DNA of 64,000 nucleotides from a virus (taxonomy: Duplodnaviria > Caudoviricetes): IMG/VR virus record IMGVR_UViG_3300037067_017690, positions 1 through 64,000 of that record; one strand, written 5' to 3'. The notes below the pieces were generated by a model. That model made no database searches. It had not been told where the DNA came from and worked only from the letters and a program-made list of their open reading frames with translations. The translations under genes were made by a program, and so were the position numbers. This document shows, in pieces, positions 48,582-58,355 of this stretch. How positions within the stretch are numbered: position 1 is the first letter of the stretch; every line of letters begins with the position of its first letter.

Positions 48582-51023
48582 TTATCCGTTTTTCCAGTCA
48601 TCGGGATCTTCGGCTAAATCTTCCTCATCTGGATTTTCTAGATCTTCAAGCATTTCTCGAAGATTTTCCTTTTTAATAATTATAGCGTCTAAAAGATCCG
48701 CAGCTTCTTTGGGATAATCAATGCATGCTTCAATTACTTTATGAACTGTATCTGGATCTTCTTGTGATAAAAACATTAAGATCTTCGCAACAGGAATTTT
48801 TAATTCACGACGAGCATTCATATCTTGAATTGCTTTTGAAAATTTTCTCCACATTTGAGTACCAATTTGAATCAACCAAGGTTCATGTTTTATATCATCA
48901 GCTTTAATCAAAACATTCTTTAAAGTTTTTTCATCAATACCACTTAATCCATGGTGAGTAATCATTTCGGCAACACCTTTGCAGAGTTCTTGTACAAGAA
49001 CCGGAAATATGAATGCTTTAGCAATTACTACTGATTGTTCTTCTCCTTCAGAATTTTTTTCGTATTCTACTTTAGAAGAACCAGCTGCCATTTGACCGAG
49101 ACCCATTCCAGAAAAATCAAATGTCCAATACATTCTATATGAACCTACTGAAATTTTATCATAGAGATCAACTAATTCAGGGCTAATCTGATTTAATTCT
49201 TGCATTAAGAATTTATGAAGAGTAAGCATAGCATTTACAGCAGATCCATGAACTAATGAATTCAAACTTAATCGTTTATTGACCAATTTTCTGAATCCTG
49301 GAGTTTCTTCAATTAATTCTTCGAAATCTTCGTCCGATAAATCTTCTACTGTAGTATTGATATCAACATGTTGAGTTAATTGAGCACGAATTCTTTTTTC
49401 ATCAATACCCCATACTTCGGCAACTGCTCGTACAGCAAGATCTTCAAGTTGTTTTTTATGTTGATGCTCTTCCATCATAATTCTTTGAAATAATTCCATT
49501 AGAACCATATGTCCATCAGGAAGATTGACTTCTTCTTTTCTATTTTTTATATCTTCGTAACCTTCTTGAGAAAGTTGTTCACCATAAACTGCAAAAATTG
49601 GATGTTTACCAAATTCATGAGTTTTATCATTTCTGATATTTTTCCAGAATTTTTTAGTAGATGGAGCAACATCTTTATCAAAATTTGCTGATTTATCTAT
49701 AGAGGCAGTTTTTTCAAGTTGTGAAATATTTTCTTTTAGAAGTTGAATAAAAAATTCTTCTAATCTAAAAGTTGATGGCACATACTTAATGTTTTTGAAC
49801 AAATCAGAAATGTCATAATTGATATTAAATATTTCATCGAAAAATTTTATAGCATCAACAATTAATGAAACTTTTCCGGGAATAATCGTAAATTTATAAT
49901 GTTTTTCTAAAGATTTTCTGATATCATCTTCTATTTGATATCTTTGAGCTTCAGAAAAAGTTTTTTGTAAGAATATTTTTAATGTTTTATCATTTTCAAT
50001 TGCTTTTTCTGGAGTTTTATATTTTTGTTGCCAATCAGCAGAAAAATATGGTTCTATTAATTTGATTATTTCATCATTTAATTCATATTTATTTTTTAAT
50101 GAAGTATCAATTTTTTTCTGGATAGATAAATCAAAAACAAATTTAAAATATAGAAAATCATCACCTTCAATAAGAATTTTATCCCCAACTAATTTTGTTG
50201 AATTATCATATTTTAAAACATCCTTTAATTTTTCATTTAAGATAATTTCAATCATTTTTTCTGGTAATTTTGCCAATAATTGTTGCTTATTGATTGATTT
50301 ATCGTGCACATCCATAAATTGATGGCTACCAAATTCAAATTGGTATTTCTCAGTCCTGCCTTTTTCATCTTTTGATTTTCTATTGATAATTATATGAAGT
50401 TGTTTGTAATTTGTAAAAGCCCCCTTACCAGTTGTGCACCATTTAGTTCCTCTCCCCCAAAAAGCAGCAGCATCATAAGATAATGGGAGAATATACATCC
50501 AATTAGAATCTTTATATAACACTTTAGTTTGAACGGTTTTTATATATTTTTCAATATCGGTTTCTTCAATTTCTTCCTCTTCCTCTTCCTCATCTTCCAA
50601 ATAATCTTTGAGTGCTAAATACAAATCACCATGAGATTTATATTTCATAATATCAGGATCTATTTTTAATTTTTCGATTTTAGTGCGTTTACTAATAAGT
50701 TTTTCTACTTCGACTGTAGATATTTTAGGATCACCAATTTTTTTATTTAATCTTTCAAGTAATGATTTCATATACCTAACTTCATTAAAAGCAATTAGAT
50801 ATTCATTAATTTTATCATGATCATCTAATTGCAATTCATTTTTCTTATAAAGGATTAAAAGCCATTTACAATAGTTCCCCATTTTCATAACTTCGTCACC
50901 CTTGACGATAGTGGTAGGATCCATTTTCAAAATATTGTAAAATATTTCTTTGTCAATGTCTTTATAGAATTTTTCTCGAATTTCTTCTAATCGTGAATTG
51001 TGACTTCTTTTTCTTATTGGCAT
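48582..51023 (-). CDS. Large two-part protein: PcfJ-like N-half and helical C-half
   Basis: AAFWGRGTKWCTT...KYQF...QFMD..D; halves separated by EKTASIDKSA; FPVLVQELCKG. Confidence 0.6.
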   Translation of the reverse strand: MPIRKRSHNSRLEEIREKFYKDIDKEIFYNILKMDPTTIVKGDEVMKMGNYCKWLLILYKKNELQLDDHDKINEYLIAFNEVRYMKSLLERLNKKIGDPKISTVEVEKLISKRTKIEKLKIDPDIMKYKSHGDLYLALKDYLEDEEEEEEEIEETDIEKYIKTVQTKVLYKDSNWMYILPLSYDAAAFWGRGTKWCTTGKGAFTNYKQLHIIINRKSKDEKGRTEKYQFEFGSHQFMDVHDKSINKQQLLAKLPEKMIEIILNEKLKDVLKYDNSTKLVGDKILIEGDDFLYFKFVFDLSIQKKIDTSLKNKYELNDEIIKLIEPYFSADWQQKYKTPEKAIENDKTLKIFLQKTFSEAQRYQIEDDIRKSLEKHYKFTIIPGKVSLIVDAIKFFDEIFNINYDISDLFKNIKYVPSTFRLEEFFIQLLKENISQLEKTASIDKSANFDKDVAPSTKKFWKNIRNDKTHEFGKHPIFAVYGEQLSQEGYEDIKNRKEEVNLPDGHMVLMELFQRIMMEEHQHKKQLEDLAVRAVAEVWGIDEKRIRAQLTQHVDINTTVEDLSDEDFEELIEETPGFRKLVNKRLSLNSLVHGSAVNAMLTLHKFLMQELNQISPELVDLYDKISVGSYRMYWTFDFSGMGLGQMAAGSSKVEYEKNSEGEEQSVVIAKAFIFPVLVQELCKGVAEMITHHGLSGIDEKTLKNVLIKADDIKHEPWLIQIGTQMWRKFSKAIQDMNARRELKIPVAKILMFLSQEDPDTVHKVIEACIDYPKEAADLLDAIIIKKENLREMLEDLENPDEEDLAEDPDDWKNG

Positions 51024-51117
51024 AAATTTATATTACCTTATTTTATATTTATTGTAAATATAAAAATTTTAAATCTAATTCTTAATTGTAATTAATTTTA
51101 CGGTATTAATTCTTATC

Positions 51118-53679
51118 ATGATAAATACATATATACCCTTACACGTTCATTCAATGACTTCCTTTCTCGATGGATTTATTGATATTGAGAAATATGTCGC
51201 ATTTTGTAAAGAACAACAATTTCCTGGTTGTGCAATTACAGATCATGGGAGTATGAGTTCAGTTATTGAATTCTATCAGCAATGTGAAAAACATAAAATC
51301 AATCCAATTATTGGTTGTGAAATGTACATTACACAAAAAGATGATAGAGATGAACCGATCCGAGATAATTTTCACATAAATATATTTGCTAAAAATGAAC
51401 AGGGATACAAAGAATTATGTACTATATTTACAGAATCTAATATTAATCGATATTATTATAGGCCAAGAACTCATATTTCTGTTTTAAAAAAATATGCAAA
51501 AAATTTAATTTGTTCATCAGCTTGCATGTCCGGAGAAATTCAACAATGTTTATTGAAACATCCAAATGAAAAAGGATTAGCTATAGCAAAACTTAGAGAA
51601 TATATGGATGTATTTGGAGATGATTTTTATATTGAACTCGTACTTGCAGATTTAAATGCTCAAAGAGATGCAAATAAATTATTGATGGGATTGATAAAAG
51701 ATTATAATCTAAAATTTATTATTACTACAGATGCTCACTATCTTAGACCTGAAGATGAAATTTGTCAAGATGTTTTATTAAAAATTCAACGTGAAGGTTT
51801 TACATTTTCTTCGAAAACTCATTGGGTAGCAACTTTTGATGAACTTAAAAAATTAGTAAAAGAACAACATCCATATATTAATGATGAATTTTTCAATAAG
51901 GCTATAGAATATACTCACGAGATCAATAAAAAAGTACATATTGATTTTTCTGAATGGATAGGTAAAATTAATATGCCAGATTTCAAAAATGAATTAAATA
52001 TGGATAATTTGAAATTCTTTGAAAAATTGACAGCAGAAGGCTTCGATAAATTTCTTGATAAATACGAAAAGTATGTTGGTCCAATGTCTGAAGAATTGGA
52101 AGAACGATACAGAAAACGAGTTAAATATGAATATGAAGTATTAGCAAAATCAGGAAGTTTTTTATATATTTTACTTGTAAGAGATATAATTCAAAAAGCC
52201 CATAAATTAAAGACGATAATTAAACCCAACCAATTGAAGGTTGGTGATTATTTTTACAAGAATGAAATTAAATATGCAGTTATTTCAATTGATTCAGAAT
52301 TTATAGTGTTGAATTTTTTTAATAATCAAATAGAAAAAATTACATTGGATATTAATGAGAAAATTGAATTGAGTAAAGAAATTATGACAGGGATGGGTCG
52401 AGGATCAGCCGCTGGTTCTCTGATTTGTTATTTATTAGATATTACTCAAATAGATCCAATTCGCAGAGATTTACTTTTTGAACGTTTCGTAAACCCAACT
52501 AGATTGTTCGGAGGATTTCAACCAGAATTATCTTGTTTATCTTATGCAATGTATAAATTATATCATTATAAAGAAGAACATGATAAATGGAATTTAGAAA
52601 ATATCTTAAAAAAACATAATATCGAAATTGATGATAGATTAAGAATTGAAATTGATTTTTTTCAAAAATATAATGCTGAACCATATATTTGTTATGTAGC
52701 TTCAAAAGAAGAATATCGTGAAACAAAAAATATCTTTAATTCTTGGTTATTATATCATTTAGGGATTACAGATGAAGAACCTAAAGAAGATTTTAAAGCA
52801 AAATATTCTCCTCCAACTTTTCCTGATATAGATGTAGATTTTTCAGATAAAGGAAGAGCAGTTGATATGATGGTTGAAAATTATGTGTCAAATAATAATG
52901 ATCATATCACTAAAAGAAGAGCATATCCGGTTGCGGCTTTCGGACAGTTAAAATGCAAAGGAGCAATTAAAGATGTAGCAAAAGCTATTGAATCCATTAT
53001 TATAGATTATTCGAAAACATGGGAAGAACATGAAAAAAATAATAAGAAAAAATATACAGATGAAACTGAAGATGGATTAAATGTGGCTCGTGATAAATGG
53101 GAGAAAGCAAAAGAAAATTATATCAAAGAAGGAATTTTTGATCCTAAAATGTTAAAATATTTATCATTTGAAAATGTCAATAAAGCGACTAGAGAAATGC
53201 CGGCTAATGTTACTTTCGATGATTTAAAAGCTGATAAAAATTTAAAATTATATAAAGAAATCCCTAAAGTGATGGAAATTGCTGAACGATTGGAATATAC
53301 TAAAAAATATTTAGGAACTCATGCTTCAGCAGTGTGTATCATTCCTGAATATATGGTTGATTGTGTTCCGATAGCTAGAACTGGAGATGATTTTATTATA
53401 GCTATGAATGATGTTCAAGCATGTGGTGGAGATTATTCTAACAATTTAGGATTGGTTAAAAATGATATTCTCGGATTAACTTCATTATTATTTTTACAAG
53501 AAGCTCAAGAGATGGCAGCAACTCATTTTGAAGTTATAGCAGAAAGTGGAAAGCGATATTGTTTTGATTATAATGCAAAATTCGAATTAATAGATGGGAC
53601 AATCAAACATATAATAGAATTACAAGAAGGAGATGATATAGTTGGCATCATTTCTGATGATGCCAACTATATCAAATAA
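51118..53679 (+). CDS. dnaE: DNA polymerase III alpha, N-terminal part (PHP plus catalytic core) of a split gene
   Basis: LHVHS, ITDHG, TTDAHY, GRGSAAGS, FERF, PDIDVDF, HASAV, KNDILGL. Ends about 70 aa after the third catalytic Asp, lacking fingers/HhH/OB regions. Confidence 0.9.
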   Translation: MINTYIPLHVHSMTSFLDGFIDIEKYVAFCKEQQFPGCAITDHGSMSSVIEFYQQCEKHKINPIIGCEMYITQKDDRDEPIRDNFHINIFAKNEQGYKELCTIFTESNINRYYYRPRTHISVLKKYAKNLICSSACMSGEIQQCLLKHPNEKGLAIAKLREYMDVFGDDFYIELVLADLNAQRDANKLLMGLIKDYNLKFIITTDAHYLRPEDEICQDVLLKIQREGFTFSSKTHWVATFDELKKLVKEQHPYINDEFFNKAIEYTHEINKKVHIDFSEWIGKINMPDFKNELNMDNLKFFEKLTAEGFDKFLDKYEKYVGPMSEELEERYRKRVKYEYEVLAKSGSFLYILLVRDIIQKAHKLKTIIKPNQLKVGDYFYKNEIKYAVISIDSEFIVLNFFNNQIEKITLDINEKIELSKEIMTGMGRGSAAGSLICYLLDITQIDPIRRDLLFERFVNPTRLFGGFQPELSCLSYAMYKLYHYKEEHDKWNLENILKKHNIEIDDRLRIEIDFFQKYNAEPYICYVASKEEYRETKNIFNSWLLYHLGITDEEPKEDFKAKYSPPTFPDIDVDFSDKGRAVDMMVENYVSNNNDHITKRRAYPVAAFGQLKCKGAIKDVAKAIESIIIDYSKTWEEHEKNNKKKYTDETEDGLNVARDKWEKAKENYIKEGIFDPKMLKYLSFENVNKATREMPANVTFDDLKADKNLKLYKEIPKVMEIAERLEYTKKYLGTHASAVCIIPEYMVDCVPIARTGDDFIIAMNDVQACGGDYSNNLGLVKNDILGLTSLLFLQEAQEMAATHFEVIAESGKRYCFDYNAKFELIDGTIKHIIELQEGDDIVGIISDDANYIK

Positions 53680-53824
53680 GAAGGAAATGACTATGAAGAA
53701 GTATTTAAATTCATTTACAGATTTAAGTAAAAAATTTTATGAAGAAAAGGGGATTCCAGAACCCAAAATATTCTTTAATTATAAGAAAAAAATTTTATGA
53801 AGAAATTTTCAGGAGAAAAACTTA

Positions 53825-54025
53825 ATGATCACAAATAATTTAATACAAGAATTGATTGAAACTTGTAAAGTTGTAGATGAACAATATAAACAACAATGTG
53901 AAAAATGGGATGCTGATATGGGAAGTTCATCTTATAAGGATGGAATCAATATAGAATATTGTATTGAAGCTGCTGATTGGCATAGAATATCATTAGCACT
54001 AAGAAAATTGCAAGGAGTGAAATAA
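53825..54025 (+). CDS. Hypothetical protein
   Basis: AGGAG SD; 66 aa. Confidence 0.55.
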   Translation: MITNNLIQELIETCKVVDEQYKQQCEKWDADMGSSSYKDGINIEYCIEAADWHRISLALRKLQGVK

Positions 54026-54373
54026 ATGTTTTTACTTGAAAAAAAGTTTAATGTTGAAGAAGAAAAAGGATTTTTCTTTGTTGATGCTTTTGATGTCGAA
54101 AACAAACTTGTATATCGATTTAATTATGAAGCTGATGGATTAACAAATCTCATAGAAATTGAAATTGAACCATTAACACCATCAGGATTAAGCATTGGAG
54201 ATTTTATGGTTGTTGATGGTTCTGTGGATAATGTAAGAGAAGAAGTGTTTAAAATAGCTCCAAAAGAATTAAAACGATTATACAAAGAACAAGAAGAAAA
54301 AATAAAAGAATTAGAAGAAAAAGATATAAAAACTCAACAAGAAGCGGAAAAACAAGATTTATTACTGATATAA
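54026..54373 (+). CDS. Hypothetical protein
   Basis: AGGAG SD; abuts the previous stop. Confidence 0.65.
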   Translation: MFLLEKKFNVEEEKGFFFVDAFDVENKLVYRFNYEADGLTNLIEIEIEPLTPSGLSIGDFMVVDGSVDNVREEVFKIAPKELKRLYKEQEEKIKELEEKDIKTQQEAEKQDLLLI

Positions 54374-54413
54374 TGTATTTAATATTTTATAGGTTTTTAT
54401 AAAATTTACGGAC

Positions 54414-54602
54414 ATGAGTAAAAGTAAATGCAAATGGGGAAATGCAATGTGTTCAACTTCCTGTATAGGATTAATGTTGGTTCAAAGACCTAATGGATCA
54501 CAATTATTGTGTGACAGACCTATTGATAAACCTATTGTGCTTTCCGAATCTCAGGAGCATATTACTATTTTATATAAAAAATGGATAGAGGAACAACGGT
54601 GA
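54414..54602 (+). CDS. Small Cys-rich hypothetical protein
   Basis: 62-aa ORF with four Cys. Confidence 0.4.
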   Translation: MSKSKCKWGNAMCSTSCIGLMLVQRPNGSQLLCDRPIDKPIVLSESQEHITILYKKWIEEQR

Positions 54603-54973
54603 ATCAATTTCTTAATTATGTTAAAATGTGCACAATTGATACAGATATTCAACCATTGTGGAAACCATCTATCGGTCATAAATTCATCCAAAAAACTGAT
54701 GAATCTGAAATTCCGATTATTTTCACAGTGGTAAATTTGATAACTATTAAAGATGCAAAGAAAAATTTAATTTGGTTGCCATATCAAGAAGACATTCAAA
54801 ATATGCTTGCTGTTGAAAATTTTAATATGTTATTAGAAGAAATCTTGAATTTTCTTTATAAAGGTCCAGGAGAGACTAGTCTGCAAATGACTGGAAATGA
54901 AGTACTTTTTGCATTCGCAAAATTCAAATTATTTCATAAAAAGTGGTGTCAGGGAAATTGGATTTCATTTTAA
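54581..54973 (+). CDS. Hypothetical phage protein
   Basis: WKPSIG...IWLPYQEDIQ motif; true start probably GTG 54599. Confidence 0.6.
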   Translation: MDRGTTVNQFLNYVKMCTIDTDIQPLWKPSIGHKFIQKTDESEIPIIFTVVNLITIKDAKKNLIWLPYQEDIQNMLAVENFNMLLEEILNFLYKGPGETSLQMTGNEVLFAFAKFKLFHKKWCQGNWISF

Positions 54974-55009
54974 ACATCATGTTATTTACGAGGAACAAAA
55001 AGTATTCAA

Positions 55010-55855
55010 TCATAAATGAAATTTGTTATCTTGAATTTCTAGATCCTTCTTTTCGGTTTCAGAAAAGAAATCTAAAATCTTATCAAATGTTAAATCACAC
55101 AATTCGTCTACCCAATCATAAATGAAATAGAGCTTACGACTTTCTCGAATAACACCGAAAAGAATTGGATCTTTTTCTTGTTTTGTTTTATCACGATTTC
55201 TATTTTCTGGATCAAAATGTAATATGACATAATTATCAAATATTTTAAGAGCGTCCAATTTCTCCTTGACTGCTATAGCTTCTTCTGGGATCACTCGAGT
55301 AAAGTTTTTGATCCAATCAAGCCTAAGCCCTTTTTCACATTTTTCACAAATTGTGGCGAGTTGTTCTTCAGTTATGAATTTCTTAAAATCAATGGCAAAT
55401 AATTGACTTTCAAATTTGTTTACAAATTCATTATCCTTTAATTTTTCAACGAGAGCAATTTGTCCAAGTTTTTGAGCATTCTCAATTAATTTTTTGTAAG
55501 TGTTTATTCTTGTTTCATAGATTGCGATTTCTTCTTTGCTTTTCAAAACCAATTCAAATGCTTTAGAAACTGGCAACGCTGTAATTTGTGTTTTTTTGTG
55601 AGAAATCCAATTGAACATTTTTTTAATAAGAGAATTTTTTCGAGATTTATCAATATCTCCTATAGAAACACTGTTATTGTTATTATCGCTCATAACAAAA
55701 TTATTGACACTCCACATTGAGTTTGTGACTGCGGAAGATCCAGTTGCTACGTATGATCCAATATTTCCAGAAGTGTCCATTTCTTTTTTATGTTTTGGAA
55801 GATTGTAATCTACGACAAAATTGTTAAAAATATCCAATGTTTTTTTATCAGCCAT
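55010..55855 (-). CDS. Hypothetical phage protein
   Basis: AGGAG SD; FTRVIP, KDPILFG, KLYFIYDWVDELCDLT. Confidence 0.75.
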   Translation of the reverse strand: MADKKTLDIFNNFVVDYNLPKHKKEMDTSGNIGSYVATGSSAVTNSMWSVNNFVMSDNNNNSVSIGDIDKSRKNSLIKKMFNWISHKKTQITALPVSKAFELVLKSKEEIAIYETRINTYKKLIENAQKLGQIALVEKLKDNEFVNKFESQLFAIDFKKFITEEQLATICEKCEKGLRLDWIKNFTRVIPEEAIAVKEKLDALKIFDNYVILHFDPENRNRDKTKQEKDPILFGVIRESRKLYFIYDWVDELCDLTFDKILDFFSETEKKDLEIQDNKFHL

Positions 55856-55879
55856 GGTTTTTCTCCTTTTTTACTATAG

Positions 55880-55897
55880 ATACCGCATTTACGGTAT
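55880..55897. promoter_or_regulatory. Back-to-back CGGTAT promoter-like motifs (ATACCG-N6-CGGTAT)
   Basis: Perfect inverted repeat between divergent SD+ATG starts at 55855 (-) and 55923 (+). Confidence 0.5.
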
Positions 55898-56041
55898 TCC
55901 TTGTAAAAGGAGAAGAAATTTCATGGTCCGAGGAACTATACTATTGATCAAATCACATACTATGGAAATTTTGGAGAAATTATCAATAAGCACCATTACG
56001 AGATGTATTTTCCGAAAGATCGTGAATTTGTTGTAACTTTA

Positions 56042-56192
56042 TAGGAAGTTTGGTTGAGGAGTGGTTCTCCTAATAAACTCAAGGTTCTCGCCCTAGAAAT
56101 AGGAGAGCAAATTTGCCGAGCTGTCATAGCCACTGGGCGTTTAATGATGATGGTTTTATTGCATAAAAACCAATGCCAGCCTACTTCCTTAT
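56042..56192 (+). ncRNA. Unassigned structured RNA, about 150 nt
   Basis: GC-richer island with closing stem AGGAAGT..GGTTG/CAGCC.ACTTCCT, nested stems and a possible CGCCC/GGGCG pseudoknot; G-U pairs favour the + strand. Confidence 0.55.
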
Positions 56193-56236
56193 TTTAGATT
56201 AAAATTTCATCATGAAATTAGTTTAAAATAACTATT

Positions 56237-57058
56237 TCATAAAAAGCTATATAAAATTATATTACTTTTATATGAAAACAGTCTAAAGAACTCTTTTCGA
56301 ATTAGAGAGAACCTATATTTCAATTTAGATTCTTTTGACAAGTTGAATAATTCTTTCCAACTCAAAGAATTCCAATCTAAGTCTTGCTTCCATAGCTTCT
56401 TTAGATTCTCAATATTCTTCTTCACTGGATAAAACCATCCTTTGTCATACTTCTTATAGCCTCTTCGGGCTATCTCAATCGATGATGCTACTTGGTCTGG
56501 TGTGTGATCATCTCCATAGTTCACATTGCCTACAAAACTTGAATATGCTGCATTCACCTCAATTAGTTCAATACCATTCAATCCACATCTTTTTCTCAAA
56601 TTATTTACAATTCTTCCTCTATCCCATCTTCCATTTACTAATCTATAATTAAATCCAAATCTTGTCAATCTGTCTTTATAAGTAATGTAGACAGTTTGAA
56701 TTTCTCGATTGATTATTTTTTCTAAAAGATCATTGAATTGAATTCTATTTTCATTCATGCCGGAAGCAATATCTTGATAAATCCCATCTACTTTAATTCC
56801 ATTTTTGATCATGAATTCTTTAAGAATGATTATTTGACGATCTAAATCTGATTTTTGTTTAGTATTACTTACTCTAGCATAGAGGACATTGATTTTTTTA
56901 ATTTTAGAAGATGAGAGTAGACCTGAGACGTCGTATAGAATTTTATGAGAGGTGATTTGAATCCATTTGATTTTATTAGATTTTTTCTAATTCCAAAGAG
57001 TTTGAGAAGTGATTCCAAATAATTTTCTTACTTCTTTAGCTGTTTTAAATTCTTCCAT
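56237..57058 (-). pseudogene. Degenerate IS607: TnpA with internal TAG fused by deletion to a TnpB-like C-terminus
   Basis: MEEFKTAKEV...TLWN*KK...VLYARVS...DRLTRFGFNY joined to RLVN...EVNAAYSSFVGN...DQVASSIEIARRG. Confidence 0.82.
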
Positions 57059-57208
57059 GATATCAAATTATAAATCATGTTTAGAAATATTCAATAAAAT
57101 TTAAAAGAGGTATAATTTAATAAATGATTAGATGATAAATAATATAACTTTATAAGATTTTATAAAGAATTTTAACAAATGAGTCAATTAAAATTTAATA
57201 AATCCCTT

Positions 57209-57865
57209 TTATGGCAAGAGGGATTTTTCTATTTTCTTTTTTTGCCATTGTTTGATTTTTCTTGGTAATAATCTTAATTTATTTTGAATAAACATTTTTT
57301 CTATTTTATTCAATTTTTCAATAAATAAAATTCCATCCATATGATCAATTTCGTGCAATACTGCTCTGCAAGCCATACCCTCAAGAATAAAATCTTTTTC
57401 AGTTCCATCAATTGTAAGTGATCTAATTTTAGCGGATTTAGGACGAATCACTTGAGCAAATATTCCAGGAAAACTCAAACATCCTTCTTTAAGTTTGATT
57501 TCACCTTCAGTTTCAACAATGACAGGATTCACTAAAGAGAATGCATTATCTTTTTCATCTCTTAAAACGCATAATCTTTTAGGAATTCCTACTTGAATAG
57601 CTGATAAACCGAGTCCACCTAATGCACCCATATATTGGATCATGTCTTTAGCCAATTGAACTATTTCATCTGTGATTTTTTCAATTGGTTCACTTTTTTG
57701 TCTTAAAATGGAATTAGGATAAAATAGTAATTCAAGATTTGGTAGTGAAATTTCATTTTTAGAAGGTTCGTTAGATTGTAGAATTTTAGCTACATCCTGT
57801 GTGGGAACTGTTATAGTTGTTGAAGTATCATCAACGATAATAATAGGTTTATTTTCTTCTGTCAT
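57209..57865 (-). CDS. def: Peptide deformylase
   Basis: GLGLSAIQVG, EGCLS, HEIDH. Confidence 0.95.
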   Translation of the reverse strand: MTEENKPIIIVDDTSTTITVPTQDVAKILQSNEPSKNEISLPNLELLFYPNSILRQKSEPIEKITDEIVQLAKDMIQYMGALGGLGLSAIQVGIPKRLCVLRDEKDNAFSLVNPVIVETEGEIKLKEGCLSFPGIFAQVIRPKSAKIRSLTIDGTEKDFILEGMACRAVLHEIDHMDGILFIEKLNKIEKMFIQNKLRLLPRKIKQWQKKKIEKSLLP

Positions 57866-58355
57866 AAATTTCCTTTCTTTTAGGAATTATACCTGATTTC
57901 TCTTTACTATTCAATTCTCTATCCTTCATATAAAGAAAAGGAGAAATTAATGAAAGATGGTTTTTTCTTACAGATAATCAAAAAATTCCAATAAGAATTT
58001 AGATATTAAAAAAGAAGAATTGTTATAAAGGGCTGACTTTTACAGCAAGATTAAGTGAAATAGAAATAGTTGAAGAAGAAATTATGAATGATTTTGAAAA
58101 AGATGAAGTAATAGAGAAATTTTTGTCTGAAAATCATCAATTACCTGTTCAATATTCAGCTAAAAAACAATTTAATTATGCTATTGAATTAGCTAATCAT
58201 TTTGGATTATATGATGCGGCAGACATTATCAGAAAGAAAACTTTTTGAGTTTTACTGAAGAAATTATGTTAGAAGAGGTATATATGATCCAAATGTGCAA
58301 GAAATTTTAGAAATAAATCACGAAATATTTTGTCATCAAGAAGAAGGATAAGAAC

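Noticed and set aside
53657-54373. C-terminal intein fragment or DnaE continuation right after dnaE
   Set aside because: The downstream small ORFs show no HN-C/S/T motif and no DnaE finger-domain motifs.
56042-56192. tRNA-Sec, tmRNA or RNase P RNA
   Set aside because: No T-arm GTTCRA or CCA end, no tmRNA termini, and RNase P conserved regions are not convincingly present.
56987-56989. Stop-codon reassignment suggested by an in-frame TAG in tnpA
   Set aside because: Long genes are intact in the standard code, and TAG ends genes such as 19623, 44545 and 62801. The TAG lies in an element that is also internally deleted.
57900-58350. Short ORF fragments between def and 58356
   Set aside because: Under 60 codons or broken, with no recognisable motifs; no call can be supported.
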